A stretch of DNA of 56,751 nt from the IMG/VR virus record IMGVR_UViG_2778261162_000006, positions 1-56,751 of that record; one strand, given 5' to 3'. This document shows positions 47,828 through 56,751 of this stretch, one piece after another. The position numbers and the translations under genes were made by a program. The notes under the pieces were generated by a model. The model searched no databases and was not told where the DNA came from. It was given only the letters and a program-made list of their open reading frames with translations. Each line of letters begins with the position of its first letter. The stretch's first letter is position 1. The stretch is from a virus (Duplodnaviria > Heunggongvirae > Uroviricota > Caudoviricetes).

Positions 47828-48044
47828 TGTAACATGGCCTGATGCAGCGGTAGACGCTATCAAAACGCTGATGGATTCACTTATTGAGATTTCAGCTATC
47901 GCTGGTGTGGCGCATAAACACGCAGTCAGAGAATCAGAATGCATCTCCCATTATTTAGCATTTGTGCAGCTAAAAGCCGATCAGGCACTGGATAAGGCCG
48001 GAAAAATTATCATGGCTGATGTGCAGGAGGTGCACCATGCATAA
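47820..48044 (+). CDS. Small hypothetical protein (74 aa)
   Basis: ORF, overlapping junctions in an operon of small genes. Confidence 0.4.
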   Translation: MCNVTWPDAAVDAIKTLMDSLIEISAIAGVAHKHAVRESECISHYLAFVQLKADQALDKAGKIIMADVQEVHHA

Positions 48045-48402
48045 TTCGGCTATTTCTGAACTTAACAGCATTCAGTTTGATGAGAAATTTACCGGGCAGC
48101 TACTGGTCAATGTAGAGAATGGACGCGTAGTAAGTAATTATCACCTGCCGGATGGTGCAATTGCCGGAAGCGTTGAAGCATTCCTGGCACTGGCGGAGCG
48201 TGCGCGACTGATTAAGCCGTCAACGTGCCATCACGATGATGATCTGCGTTTTACCGGGTGTATGGTGAGTCACTACGAAAACGGCGTTGAAGTATCCCGC
48301 GAACGTCTGTGTGATGATTACTGTTTCGGCACATTGCCGGAATTTATCGAATTGCTGACCAGTTGCGGTTATCAGGTCATTCAGGGGGGGAAACATGCGT
48401 GA
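48037..48402 (+). CDS. Hypothetical protein
   Basis: ORF; N-terminus paralogous to 48621..48821. Confidence 0.5.
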   Translation: MHNSAISELNSIQFDEKFTGQLLVNVENGRVVSNYHLPDGAIAGSVEAFLALAERARLIKPSTCHHDDDLRFTGCMVSHYENGVEVSRERLCDDYCFGTLPEFIELLTSCGYQVIQGGKHA

Positions 48403-48628
48403 TGATCGTTTTAATTCCCTGAAACGGGAATTTGATGGCGCACCGGAAGATGCAGCGGGCGCATTGTTGAGCGTTGCTGACATGATGAAAGCTGCATATT
48501 TTCTTATCAATACCAGTGGCTACAAGTCAGAGGGTGAAATGATTCTTAGTATTGCGTCGGACTATGCGGAATATGTGGCAGAGACGCGTTACAGAAGAAA
48601 ATTCACGGAGGATGTAAGCCATGCATAA
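48395..48628 (+). CDS. Small hypothetical protein (77 aa)
   Basis: ORF with overlapping junctions. Confidence 0.45.
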   Translation: MRDDRFNSLKREFDGAPEDAAGALLSVADMMKAAYFLINTSGYKSEGEMILSIASDYAEYVAETRYRRKFTEDVSHA

Positions 48629-48821
48629 TCATGAAGCGCATGTACCCGTAGTGCTTAATGTGCCAGATGATTTCACCGGACGCGTACTGGTTTACCTGGA
48701 TAAAGGGAAAGTGAAATCACAATGCCGATTGAAAAGTAATGAGATTGTTGGTTCTCCTGAATTTTTTTCTGAACTTTGTATTCGTGCGGAAATAAAACCG
48801 GAACTGCTGACAGGAAAATAA
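48621..48821 (+). CDS. Small hypothetical protein (66 aa), paralog of 48037 N-terminus
   Basis: MHNHEAHVPVVLNVPDDFTGRVLVYLDKGKV vs MHNSAISELNSIQFDEKFTGQLLVNVENGRV. Confidence 0.45.
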   Translation: MHNHEAHVPVVLNVPDDFTGRVLVYLDKGKVKSQCRLKSNEIVGSPEFFSELCIRAEIKPELLTGK

Positions 48822-48825
48822 AACC

Positions 48826-49116
48826 ATGAAAAAGAAAAATTCTGGCTTTACTGCCAGCGGCCTCTCTCGGCCTGAAATCCGCCCCGGTGATATTTTCCGG
48901 GACACCAGACGCGGGGGACGGGTGGTTATTCGTCACGTTATGCCAGGCAATATCACCTACCGCCGTGAGGCTTACGAATATGACTGCGTAATGCCGCGCC
49001 GTCAGTTTGAGCGTGATTTTATTCTGGTTGAAAACAAACAACAGGCGGTGGCGAGACGTGCAGCCACGAATATTAAAAAAATCCGGGCAATGTTGGTTGC
49101 GGGAGGTAAGAAGTGA
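48826..49116 (+). CDS. Hypothetical basic protein (96 aa)
   Basis: ORF upstream of primase. Confidence 0.5.
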   Translation: MKKKNSGFTASGLSRPEIRPGDIFRDTRRGGRVVIRHVMPGNITYRREAYEYDCVMPRRQFERDFILVENKQQAVARRAATNIKKIRAMLVAGGKK

Positions 49117-50885
49117 AAAACGCACCGAATTTAAAATATCAGCCGAAGGATAAATTCACCGAGGTAATCATTTTTGCCGGGACGGACGCTTACTCCCATG
49201 CTCAACACTGGATTGAAAGCGAAGGACGAAAACACGGCGATAACGTACCACCTGTTTACCTGGGGCCAAAGCAACTGGCAGACCTGGTGAATATCCGCAT
49301 TGTCGACGATGAACGCCGCTTTGCGCGTGTCTATCTCGCGGGGGAGATCGAACCAATCCAGATCAATGCTATCGCTGAAAAACTGGCGCTGGCTGGCGTA
49401 CAGGAGGCGAAATTATACAAAGGCATCACCGACCGGGAACCGGAGAACTGGCGCGATTACCTGCAACGGATCCGCGAACAGGCAGAGCGCGGGGATATTC
49501 TGTCAGGAAGGACTGAGAAAAAACACAAAATCTCTCTTTCCAGAATGGCGGATAACGAGCGAGCTTCACTTTTGGCTGAATGCTTTGAGGAAATAGCTGT
49601 TCACCCTGGTAACAATTTTGCTTATGCATACTGTTCTGGAGTGTGGGAAAAAATATCTGATATGGAGTTGAGTCGTAAAATGGTATCAATTTACGAAAAA
49701 AACAAGACAAATTTCAGTAAGCGGGCAATTAGTAATGCGGTTGATGCTTTAAAAATATCTGTACCCGTAATGAGAGAACAGAGTGACACCATAATACCTT
49801 TTGAAAATGGAGTTTATGACATAACAAGTGGTAGATTTTTACCTCATTCACCAGAGCACTGGATCACTTCGCATAATGGAATTTATTATACGCCACCTGC
49901 GCCTGGTGAAAATATTCATGACCATGCGCCCCATTTTCATCGTTGGCTGTCACATGCAGCAGGATACGATTCATCAAAGATGAAGCGGATATGTGCTGCT
50001 CTGTTTATGGTTTTGGCTAATCGCTACGACTGGCAATTATTCATTGAAGCAACTGGCGAAGGTGGAAGTGGTAAAAGTATGTTTACTCAAATTGCCAGAA
50101 TGTTGGCGGGTGAGCAGAACACCGCAGGCAGTGATATGAAAGCGTTAGATGATGCTGGTGGACGTGAGCAACTAGTTGGTAAAAGTCTGATTATTTTACC
50201 GGACCAACCTAAATATTTTGGTGAAGGTAATGGTATTAAAGCTATAACAGGTGGGGATCCTCTGCAAATCAACCCGAAATATGAAAAAAGATACACCACT
50301 GTCTTACGCTCAGTTGTTTTGATAACAAATAATAAACCGATGGTTTTTACAGAAAGAGCGGGAGGTATTTCACGCCGTAGGGTTATTTTTCAGTTCAATA
50401 ATCCGATAGCGGAAGAAAACAAGGACACATGTTTACCCAAAAAAATTGCAGCGGAAATTCCGGTAATAGTCCGTAGGCTGTTGGTAAATTTTTCAGATCC
50501 CGAAAAAGCAAGAACATTACTGCTCGAACAACGTGATGGTGAAGAAGCAATGGAAGTAAAACGCCATACTGATCCGCTATATGCTTTTTGTAACCATATT
50601 GTCGAACTTGGTGAAGCTGTAGGAATGTTCATGGGAAACCTGAATATATATCCAAGAGCCCCTCGAATTTATCTTTACCATGCATATCTTGCATATATGG
50701 ATGCTTATGGTTTCGATAAGCCATTAAATCTAACTAATTTTGGCAAAGATTTCCCAAAAGTGATGAAAGAATATGGGGCTGAGTATAAGAAGGCAAAGAC
50801 CAATGTCGGAATGCGCTACAACATGGAGCTGGCTGACAGTGCTAATGAATGGTTACCCGCTGTGCCAAAAATCCATGAAAAGTGA
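49113..50885 (+). CDS. P4 alpha-like primase/helicase
   Basis: 590 aa; GTG start after GGGAGGT; Walker A EATGEGGSGKSM; followed by iteron-rich origin. Confidence 0.75.
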   Translation: MKNAPNLKYQPKDKFTEVIIFAGTDAYSHAQHWIESEGRKHGDNVPPVYLGPKQLADLVNIRIVDDERRFARVYLAGEIEPIQINAIAEKLALAGVQEAKLYKGITDREPENWRDYLQRIREQAERGDILSGRTEKKHKISLSRMADNERASLLAECFEEIAVHPGNNFAYAYCSGVWEKISDMELSRKMVSIYEKNKTNFSKRAISNAVDALKISVPVMREQSDTIIPFENGVYDITSGRFLPHSPEHWITSHNGIYYTPPAPGENIHDHAPHFHRWLSHAAGYDSSKMKRICAALFMVLANRYDWQLFIEATGEGGSGKSMFTQIARMLAGEQNTAGSDMKALDDAGGREQLVGKSLIILPDQPKYFGEGNGIKAITGGDPLQINPKYEKRYTTVLRSVVLITNNKPMVFTERAGGISRRRVIFQFNNPIAEENKDTCLPKKIAAEIPVIVRRLLVNFSDPEKARTLLLEQRDGEEAMEVKRHTDPLYAFCNHIVELGEAVGMFMGNLNIYPRAPRIYLYHAYLAYMDAYGFDKPLNLTNFGKDFPKVMKEYGAEYKKAKTNVGMRYNMELADSANEWLPAVPKIHEK

Positions 50886-51165
50886 ACAGTGGTGAACAGT
50901 GGTGAACAGTAGTGTTCACCTCTAAAAGCTGCGTCATTACTGGATTCATCGACGAAATGAACGCCGTGAACAGTTTCGGCTAAAACTTTTAAAACGCATT
51001 GTAACTTGTAACAGTGAATCATTTTCACTGCAAATTAAATTCTATAGGGGGTAACTGTTCAACTGTTCACTGAAACAAAATAACCATATGATTTTAAACT
51101 AAAAAACATAGTGAACAGTTATTAAAAAACTGTTCACTAACTATTCACGACTGTTCACAATCAAA
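50881..51165. repeat. Origin-like iteron cluster (P4 ori/crr-like)
   Basis: GTGAACAGT x3 tandem, GTGTTCACC, and many further TGAACAGT/ACTGTTCA copies. Confidence 0.7.
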
Positions 51166-51233
51166 ATGGAATAGTGTGAATAATTGGAATTTTTATCACG
51201 AAATTATAGAAATAGAGTTGCAAAGGGGGGGGT

Positions 51234-51581
51234 ATGTTTCTTGAAGCTATACCCAAAAATATTTCGCCAGCGGTTCAGGGTTGGTGGGCAAAATTCAGGA
51301 ATGATAATGGCAACGACTGGTATAGTCCGATTGCAGCATGGGCGATTTGTGATGTGTTTTATTCTGGTGATTCAGAAATTTATTCTGAAATATTACCGAT
51401 TCTTACTGGTGAGTATGGAATGGCACCGTATCATCAGGAAGATGGTTTTTACGAATGCATGTATTTGCCAAACACAAAATTCATTCTTTCTGATGAACCT
51501 GGATCATTTGCGTGGTATCCGGTAGATGAAAGTGCCGGGCATGAAACAATCAGTAAAAACGATGGGGCAAAGCATGACTAA
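51234..51581 (+). CDS. Hypothetical protein (115 aa)
   Basis: ORF with ATG after G-rich RBS. Confidence 0.5.
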   Translation: MFLEAIPKNISPAVQGWWAKFRNDNGNDWYSPIAAWAICDVFYSGDSEIYSEILPILTGEYGMAPYHQEDGFYECMYLPNTKFILSDEPGSFAWYPVDESAGHETISKNDGAKHD

Positions 51582-52104
51582 GCTGACCATTAACAGAAAA
51601 CCGAAAGGCATTTACGGCACGCCGCAGAAAACGACGCAGGCGGCACAGGAGCAGGATAAAACCACGTCGGCGCATAAAGTGATGCCCGGTAACCAGAAAG
51701 CGCAGCAGAAGCCCACAGGGGCGACACCGTGGCGGCATATGACCAAGCGCCAGCGCAAAAACCGCAGGCGCATTAACCGCCTCACTGAGTTGTGGCCTGA
51801 ATTATTCAGCCGGGAAGCACCGAAGCCGCTTAAGGTGGGGATATTCGACGACCTGATGCAGGATCTCGCCGTCAGGGGGCTGGCATTCGGTCCAGGGGCA
51901 TTGCGTGCGACGCTGGCATCTTATGCACAGTGTCCGCGCTATTACCGCGCCTTAATGGCTGGTGGGGTACGCTACGACCTGAAAGGCCAGCCGTGCGGCG
52001 AGGTGACACCACAGGAACAACAGGACGCAGAAACGCGGCTGGTGGCGCTGAATGAGAAGCGCAAACGTCAGCGCCGGGTAGCAAAGGAGAAAACAGGCGC
52101 ATGA
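51574..52104 (+). CDS. ProQ/FinO-family RNA-binding protein
   Basis: RRRINRLTELWPELF...PKPLKVGIFDDL...ALRATLASYAQCPRYYRAL matches the FinO-domain pattern. Confidence 0.7.
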   Translation: MTKLTINRKPKGIYGTPQKTTQAAQEQDKTTSAHKVMPGNQKAQQKPTGATPWRHMTKRQRKNRRRINRLTELWPELFSREAPKPLKVGIFDDLMQDLAVRGLAFGPGALRATLASYAQCPRYYRALMAGGVRYDLKGQPCGEVTPQEQQDAETRLVALNEKRKRQRRVAKEKTGA

Positions 52105-52388
52105 TTCACGACAGCAAAGCGGAAGCACTGGAAGCGCGTGGCCTGTACCGGAGAGCGGCGGCGCGGTGGGCTGAGGTCATCATGCTGGCGAATGATGACA
52201 AGGCACGGGAACAGGCGGCAAAACGTCGCGCGGAATGTATCCGCAAGGCAGCACGCCCACCAGCACGGCAGGATAATTTCGGGGAGATGCGCGAAACCAT
52301 CAGCCGGGCACATGCCGGGATGGGATTACATCAGCCCAATGGTAAGGCATTCAGGAAATACCCTGGATCGAAAAATTGCAGTCAGTGA
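52101..52388 (+). CDS. PerC-family transcriptional regulator
   Basis: EALEARGLYRRAAARWAEV signature. Confidence 0.7.
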   Translation: MIHDSKAEALEARGLYRRAAARWAEVIMLANDDKAREQAAKRRAECIRKAARPPARQDNFGEMRETISRAHAGMGLHQPNGKAFRKYPGSKNCSQ

Positions 52389-52802
52389 CGGAGGCCGGGA
52401 TTTTTCCCGGCTTTTTTGTGCCAGTAAAAAGCCCGCAGCCAGAAGTGTTGCGGGCTTTGTTTTTCAGGTGATTGAAGTCAATGGGAAGAACGCGATCATC
52501 ATGCGTTATCGTTTCATAAATTGCAATGATGTAGATCGTCATTTCAGTTTATGCAATCATAACCATTGTTTTGTTCAGGAGATATGACTATGAGAAAAGC
52601 CAGCGTGAAACCCGTTTTACTCGCTCGTGATCAGATTGAAGCATTACAGCGCATCCAGGACGAGGAACGCCGCAATTCTCCGCTGGGGATTGCTCCGAGC
52701 ATTCATGAGGTCGCCCGGCGTTTAATGCAGCGGGCGCTTTATCCCGTAGAACGTCCGGCCTGATGGTCGTGATTTTTTGGTGAAAAAAGAGAGGTGGTAA
52801 AA

Positions 52803-53381
52803 ATGCCAGCAAGCAAAGAAGATTTGCGATTAAAACTGATGGAGGTGGTTAACGCTCTGTCAGAGTCGCAGGGAAGCACTCCGCAGGAGATTATCGAAAT
52901 TCTGAATGCGATCCCCGCACAGGATTTCATAAAAGAGGATAACGCGAATCAAAACATCGTCGCGTCAGTCGAAGATGAATCCTCACTGGCAGAAGCCCAG
53001 GCTAAAGCGGATTCCGCATACAGCAATATGGGCCGTCGCGCTCCGGCCCCGTTTGCTGGTGAAAAGTCGATGGATTACCGCAAACGTGCATTAATTGGCG
53101 CACAGAAGCTGGCTAAAAAATTCAGTGATGTGGATATTCGTTCCGTTTCAGATTCTGCAACGCTGGCGGTGCTGGAAGATCAGATTTACAAGGCTGCTCA
53201 GGAAAGTGCTCAGTGGGCCGTGGAAAACACGCCGGGCCATTTGGGTAAAACCGTAAGAATGGATGAAGCCGGTCGTCGTATTACTGAATATCAAGGAGAT
53301 CCGAACGTCTGGCTGAACGCCTTCAAAATCCCTCCCCGTCGCCTGGTCAAAATTAACGTTGCAAGCCTCGCGGGGGCATGA
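52803..53381 (+). CDS. Hypothetical protein (possible capsid-remodelling/late protein)
   Basis: ATG after GAGGTGG; position in distal late-like region. Confidence 0.5.
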   Translation: MPASKEDLRLKLMEVVNALSESQGSTPQEIIEILNAIPAQDFIKEDNANQNIVASVEDESSLAEAQAKADSAYSNMGRRAPAPFAGEKSMDYRKRALIGAQKLAKKFSDVDIRSVSDSATLAVLEDQIYKAAQESAQWAVENTPGHLGKTVRMDEAGRRITEYQGDPNVWLNAFKIPPRRLVKINVASLAGA

Positions 53382-53445
53382 AAAACGTGCTGAGTTCAGC
53401 CCTGCCGGATTTGGCGGGGCTTATTGCTTATAACCGGATAACATT

Positions 53446-54117
53446 ATGCTTTTAACAGAAATTGAGGCGGCGAAGCAGGTTCGGGACGGACAGCTACCGT
53501 CGCCTTATCAGTTTTCCAACATGTGGCTGGTTAACCTGCGTATCACAGGAACCGGAATGGCCTACCGCGCCGAAGAAAAAGAATTTGTCTGGCGTTCACC
53601 GCAAACTTATCTCAATCCGCAGTTCCTGGAACGTTGCGCCGGAGTACCCGTCATTATCGACCATCCCGAAAGCAAAACCCTTGAAGACGTGGGCGAACGG
53701 TCGCGCATTATTGGCACCGTCATGTTGCCGTATATTCGCGGTGACGAGGTGTGGGGCGTATGCCGGATTTACGGGCAGGAAATCATCGATTACATCCAGA
53801 AAGCACGGGGGGAGGTATCCACCAGCCCGTCGGTTGTGTTTTGTGGTGCGTCCGGTGGGGCTGAAGTTCCTGATGTAATGGGCGAGGACAATTTTTTTAT
53901 TGAGGGTACGCCATTTCTTATCGATCACGTTGCGCTCGTGCCGCTTGGTGTTTGGGATAAGGGCGGGAAACCATCGGGCGTGGAAGTAACAACGCCGACA
54001 GCAGAAGAACAGCTTGCCGGAATGGTCCGGGACGTTATTGATGCGGCCTGCAAGCCAGCCCTGGAAAAACTGGAAGAAATATCCGGGCGGCTGGCTCAAC
54101 TGGAAAAAGAAGGGTGA
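53446..54117 (+). CDS. Hypothetical protein (223 aa)
   Basis: ORF. Confidence 0.5.
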   Translation: MLLTEIEAAKQVRDGQLPSPYQFSNMWLVNLRITGTGMAYRAEEKEFVWRSPQTYLNPQFLERCAGVPVIIDHPESKTLEDVGERSRIIGTVMLPYIRGDEVWGVCRIYGQEIIDYIQKARGEVSTSPSVVFCGASGGAEVPDVMGEDNFFIEGTPFLIDHVALVPLGVWDKGGKPSGVEVTTPTAEEQLAGMVRDVIDAACKPALEKLEEISGRLAQLEKEG

Positions 54118-54123
54118 GTCATA

Positions 54124-54651
54124 ATGCTGATGAGTAAGGCAGAATATGCCAAACACAAAGGCGTAAGCCGCCAGACAGTTTACGACTGGATCGATAAAGG
54201 CGAAGTGGTCATGTCCGGTAAAAAAATCGATGTGGAAGCGACAGAGCAGCGGAACAGCCCACCTGCACAGGGAAAAGACACAGTTTCTGAAATGTGGCCA
54301 GAGAGAACGCTGGAAATGACGTGGGGCGAGTTCTGGAAAGCAGTTAAGGCCAGAGGCGGTAAAATTCCTGCGCCAGCAACGGACGAGGGCATACAGCAGC
54401 GTGTGCTGGATGCAGCCGGGGAATTAGGCTGGGAAGTGCACTTTCTTGATGATGGTGCTATCTGCCTTGAGGATTGCGACGGGCAGCATTACTTTGAACA
54501 ATACAATTTGCGAGGTAATGCCAGGCTGGCAATTCGTATGCTGCGTTGCGAACTCTGCTATGTTGCAGGTGATTATCCCGATGAACTGGAATCATGGAGT
54601 GAAGCCGGGCTAAACGCCCTGGCTGAATGGGAAAAATCAGACCATCAATGA
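54124..54651 (+). CDS. HTH DNA-binding protein
   Basis: N-terminal SKAEYAKHKGVSRQTVYDWIDKGEV helix-turn-helix. Confidence 0.55.
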   Translation: MLMSKAEYAKHKGVSRQTVYDWIDKGEVVMSGKKIDVEATEQRNSPPAQGKDTVSEMWPERTLEMTWGEFWKAVKARGGKIPAPATDEGIQQRVLDAAGELGWEVHFLDDGAICLEDCDGQHYFEQYNLRGNARLAIRMLRCELCYVAGDYPDELESWSEAGLNALAEWEKSDHQ

Positions 54652-54655
54652 CATC

Positions 54656-54870
54656 AAAAAGTGTCAAGTTGAGCAGCTTGCCAGGTTGACACTTTACACT
54701 CTGAACGCGAAAAAGTGTCAACCTCGCTGTAAGCCCCGCCATTACTGGGTTTGTGCCAGATTTACCACGTCAAAAAGCCGAAAAAATCGCGAAAAGTGTC
54801 AAGTTGCTATGCTTAGAAATGCTAAGGTTTGATAAGGTTTTTCGCGAAAAAGTGTCAAGTGTGTCAACCG
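54656..54870. repeat. Array of AAAAGTGTCAA repeats with inverted TTGACACTT partner
   Basis: At least four direct copies at ~50-80 bp spacing and one perfect 10-bp inverted pair separated by 20 bp. Confidence 0.7.
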
Positions 54871-55143
54871 CGCCGCTTTAGAAAACTTTATGTGCAGATC
54901 GTTGGATGCATCTGTCAAAACTTGCCACCCACCAGCACCGCCAGCGGGGATTTTTGGCTACACGCGCTCTAAGTAACAGTTGCTTCAGTGCGTTACATAC
55001 GTTGGAAGTGTTATAACTCAAGTTTTTGAGACAAAGTCAGAATTGTATGAATTTGTCTATAGCCGTCTACTCAAGTTTTCTACATAATATAAGGAAATAG
55101 CATGTTGTTTAATTAATGTACGATAATTCTGAAAGAGTAACAT

Positions 55144-55971
55144 ATGATAAACTTAGATATGGATGTTGTGGTTGGACATGGGCAGAACGATTTTGAAGAA
55201 TTAGAAATGAATTCCGGCATAAAGGTTTTTGCTGGAGCTTCTGACATCACCCAAATTACAACAAGCACTATTTTAGATGATTCAGTCCCCAAAAAATCAA
55301 CCTCTATACATGGGCTTAGGAATATGTTCAAACATACATTTGATGGATCGTTTGGACAAAATTTTGAACTTAGAATTGATGATCCTGAAAAGATAAAAAG
55401 ATTTAATGAAATTGGCAGGGGTGTTTTTTTTGATGTTATGTCATATTACATCTCTAAAGGAATGGGAATAGCTCACCATCTTAAGAGCCAGAAAGCAATC
55501 GACTTAGTAGAGCGTCTTAAACCGCTTGAAAAACAACTTTTGATAAGAATTCAGGAACCTATACAGAATTTACATAAAACAGTTGAGAAACAAAAATATA
55601 ATGTACTTCTGAGAAGAAGAACACCAACTAAAAAATTAGTTGTTGCTAAAATGGATACGCAGACGCTCTTCAATATCAATGTAGAGCATGAATCTGCTCA
55701 ACCAGTAGAAGAAAATGTTATTATAACTAGGTTTAATATGTTAACAGGAACTGGTCGATTGTTATTAGATAGACAGTCAGATTCAATTGCCTTTAGACAC
55801 CATCTTAATTGGGAACATGTATTGCAGTCTCAGAAAAATAAGTTTTCAAGGAATCTTGATAGGAATAACAGAGGTGGTAAAGACGCTTTTATACCTATAA
55901 CCATTTCTGCTTATGAGTTGCGCGATCATATTGGAGAGCTAAAGGCTTATATAATTAGAGAAATATTGTAA
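55144..55971 (+). CDS. Hypothetical protein A (275 aa), first gene of AT-rich cargo operon
   Basis: ATG; strongly AT-rich; no recognised motifs. Confidence 0.65.
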   Translation: MINLDMDVVVGHGQNDFEELEMNSGIKVFAGASDITQITTSTILDDSVPKKSTSIHGLRNMFKHTFDGSFGQNFELRIDDPEKIKRFNEIGRGVFFDVMSYYISKGMGIAHHLKSQKAIDLVERLKPLEKQLLIRIQEPIQNLHKTVEKQKYNVLLRRRTPTKKLVVAKMDTQTLFNINVEHESAQPVEENVIITRFNMLTGTGRLLLDRQSDSIAFRHHLNWEHVLQSQKNKFSRNLDRNNRGGKDAFIPITISAYELRDHIGELKAYIIREIL

Positions 55972-56751
55972 ATGAAGATGCCCTCAATCAAAGTTATTTC
56001 ACTTATATTAATAGCTATTGTATGGTATTTTTACTTTTCTCATTTCAATCATTGGGATAGCCCGTTAGATATCTTTAATGCTAGCAAATGGATGGGTTTT
56101 TCCAATGATAAAGGTGATTGGGGCACTTTCGGGGATTTTGTAGGAGGTGTGCTTAATCCTATCTTGACCTTCATTACAATTGTTATGCTCATTAATTCCT
56201 TGAAACTTCAACGAGAAGCAAACGAGCAACTAATTAAAGACGAAAGAAGACAAGAGAAAGACGTTCTTCTAAAACGGTTTGAAGACGGTTTTTATAACCT
56301 TATCTCTTCAGAAAGAGAGGAGTTTAGTTGTTTTACTATTAACATTAACGGAAAAGAATACCGCTCATCTGCTGCTGTTAGTGAATTGGAAGAGGCAATA
56401 TGGGCTTTTATTGAGAAACAAATAGATGAAAAAGGAGCTTGCGAAATTGAGGATGTTAAAAATTACATAAATAAAATTGATGAGGATTCATCTATGGCAA
56501 TATTTTCCATGGTGCGATGTGTATATGTTGTTTTTAAGGTTGTTAAGGATAAATGCCCTGAAGAACATCAAGATTACTACTTAGATATTTTTATGAATAT
56601 GTTACCAGTTAAACTGGTAAATTTAGTTGCTATTGTGTCTGTGTATATGGACTGGAAAAACGTAAAATATATTATTGATGGTGGAAAAGGATTTTCGGAT
56701 AATGAAGCAGTTAAAGAATATATTAATACTTGGAAGGAGTTTCATGAATAA
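55972..56751 (+). CDS. Hypothetical membrane protein B (259 aa, two N-terminal TM helices)
   Basis: ATG immediately after the stop of gene A; hydrophobic helices VISLILIAIVWYFYF and FVGGVLNPILTFITIVMLI; a further ATG begins 11 nt before window end. Confidence 0.65.
   Translation: MKMPSIKVISLILIAIVWYFYFSHFNHWDSPLDIFNASKWMGFSNDKGDWGTFGDFVGGVLNPILTFITIVMLINSLKLQREANEQLIKDERRQEKDVLLKRFEDGFYNLISSEREEFSCFTININGKEYRSSAAVSELEEAIWAFIEKQIDEKGACEIEDVKNYINKIDEDSSMAIFSMVRCVYVVFKVVKDKCPEEHQDYYLDIFMNMLPVKLVNLVAIVSVYMDWKNVKYIIDGGKGFSDNEAVKEYINTWKEFHE

Larger units (their letters stand above)
42695..56751. mobile_element. P4-like satellite/integrative element, right boundary beyond window
   Basis: P4-type integrase next to att repeat; AlpA, antirepressor, primase with iteron ori, FinO-like, PerC-like; AT-rich cargo at distal end. 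Confidence 0.7.

Noticed and set aside
55000-55140. Distal att site of the P4-like satellite
   Set aside because: An integrase-arm-like motif is present at 55065 but no copy of the tRNA 3' core was seen; the boundary is probably beyond the window.

Overview
The window opens with an E. coli-type core gene, proA (1..1254), and tRNA-Thr thrW (1369..1444). Two integrative elements sit in tandem at thrW. (1) A ~41.3 kb mosaic prophage (1399..42694) is bounded by 48-bp direct repeats of the tRNA 3' end. It carries a minus-strand early-left arm (integrase, excisionase, DUF551, HD hydrolase, DUF2303, YfdP-like), a CI/Cro immunity switch with operators, an O-like replication initiator with internal iterons, nin-like genes (RusA, KilA-N, DUF968, Q antiterminator), a lysis cassette, HNH/terminase/portal/protease/capsid head genes, a Mu-like contractile tail with a -1 frameshifted chaperone, and an invertase-controlled tail-fibre switch. 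Its right end carries AT-rich cargo: a small PD-(D/E)xK nuclease-like gene, a recombinase remnant, and a 917-aa PHP phosphoesterase fused to an SMC/Rad50-like ATPase. (2) A P4-like satellite (42695 to beyond 56751) carries a P4-type integrase, AlpA, antirepressor, primase with iteron-rich ori, FinO-like and PerC-like genes, and ends in a strongly AT-rich, translationally coupled operon of unknown function. That operon is my best candidate for an undescribed anti-phage system; the PHP-ATPase locus is the second. All functional calls are from reading the translations and motifs; no database search was run.
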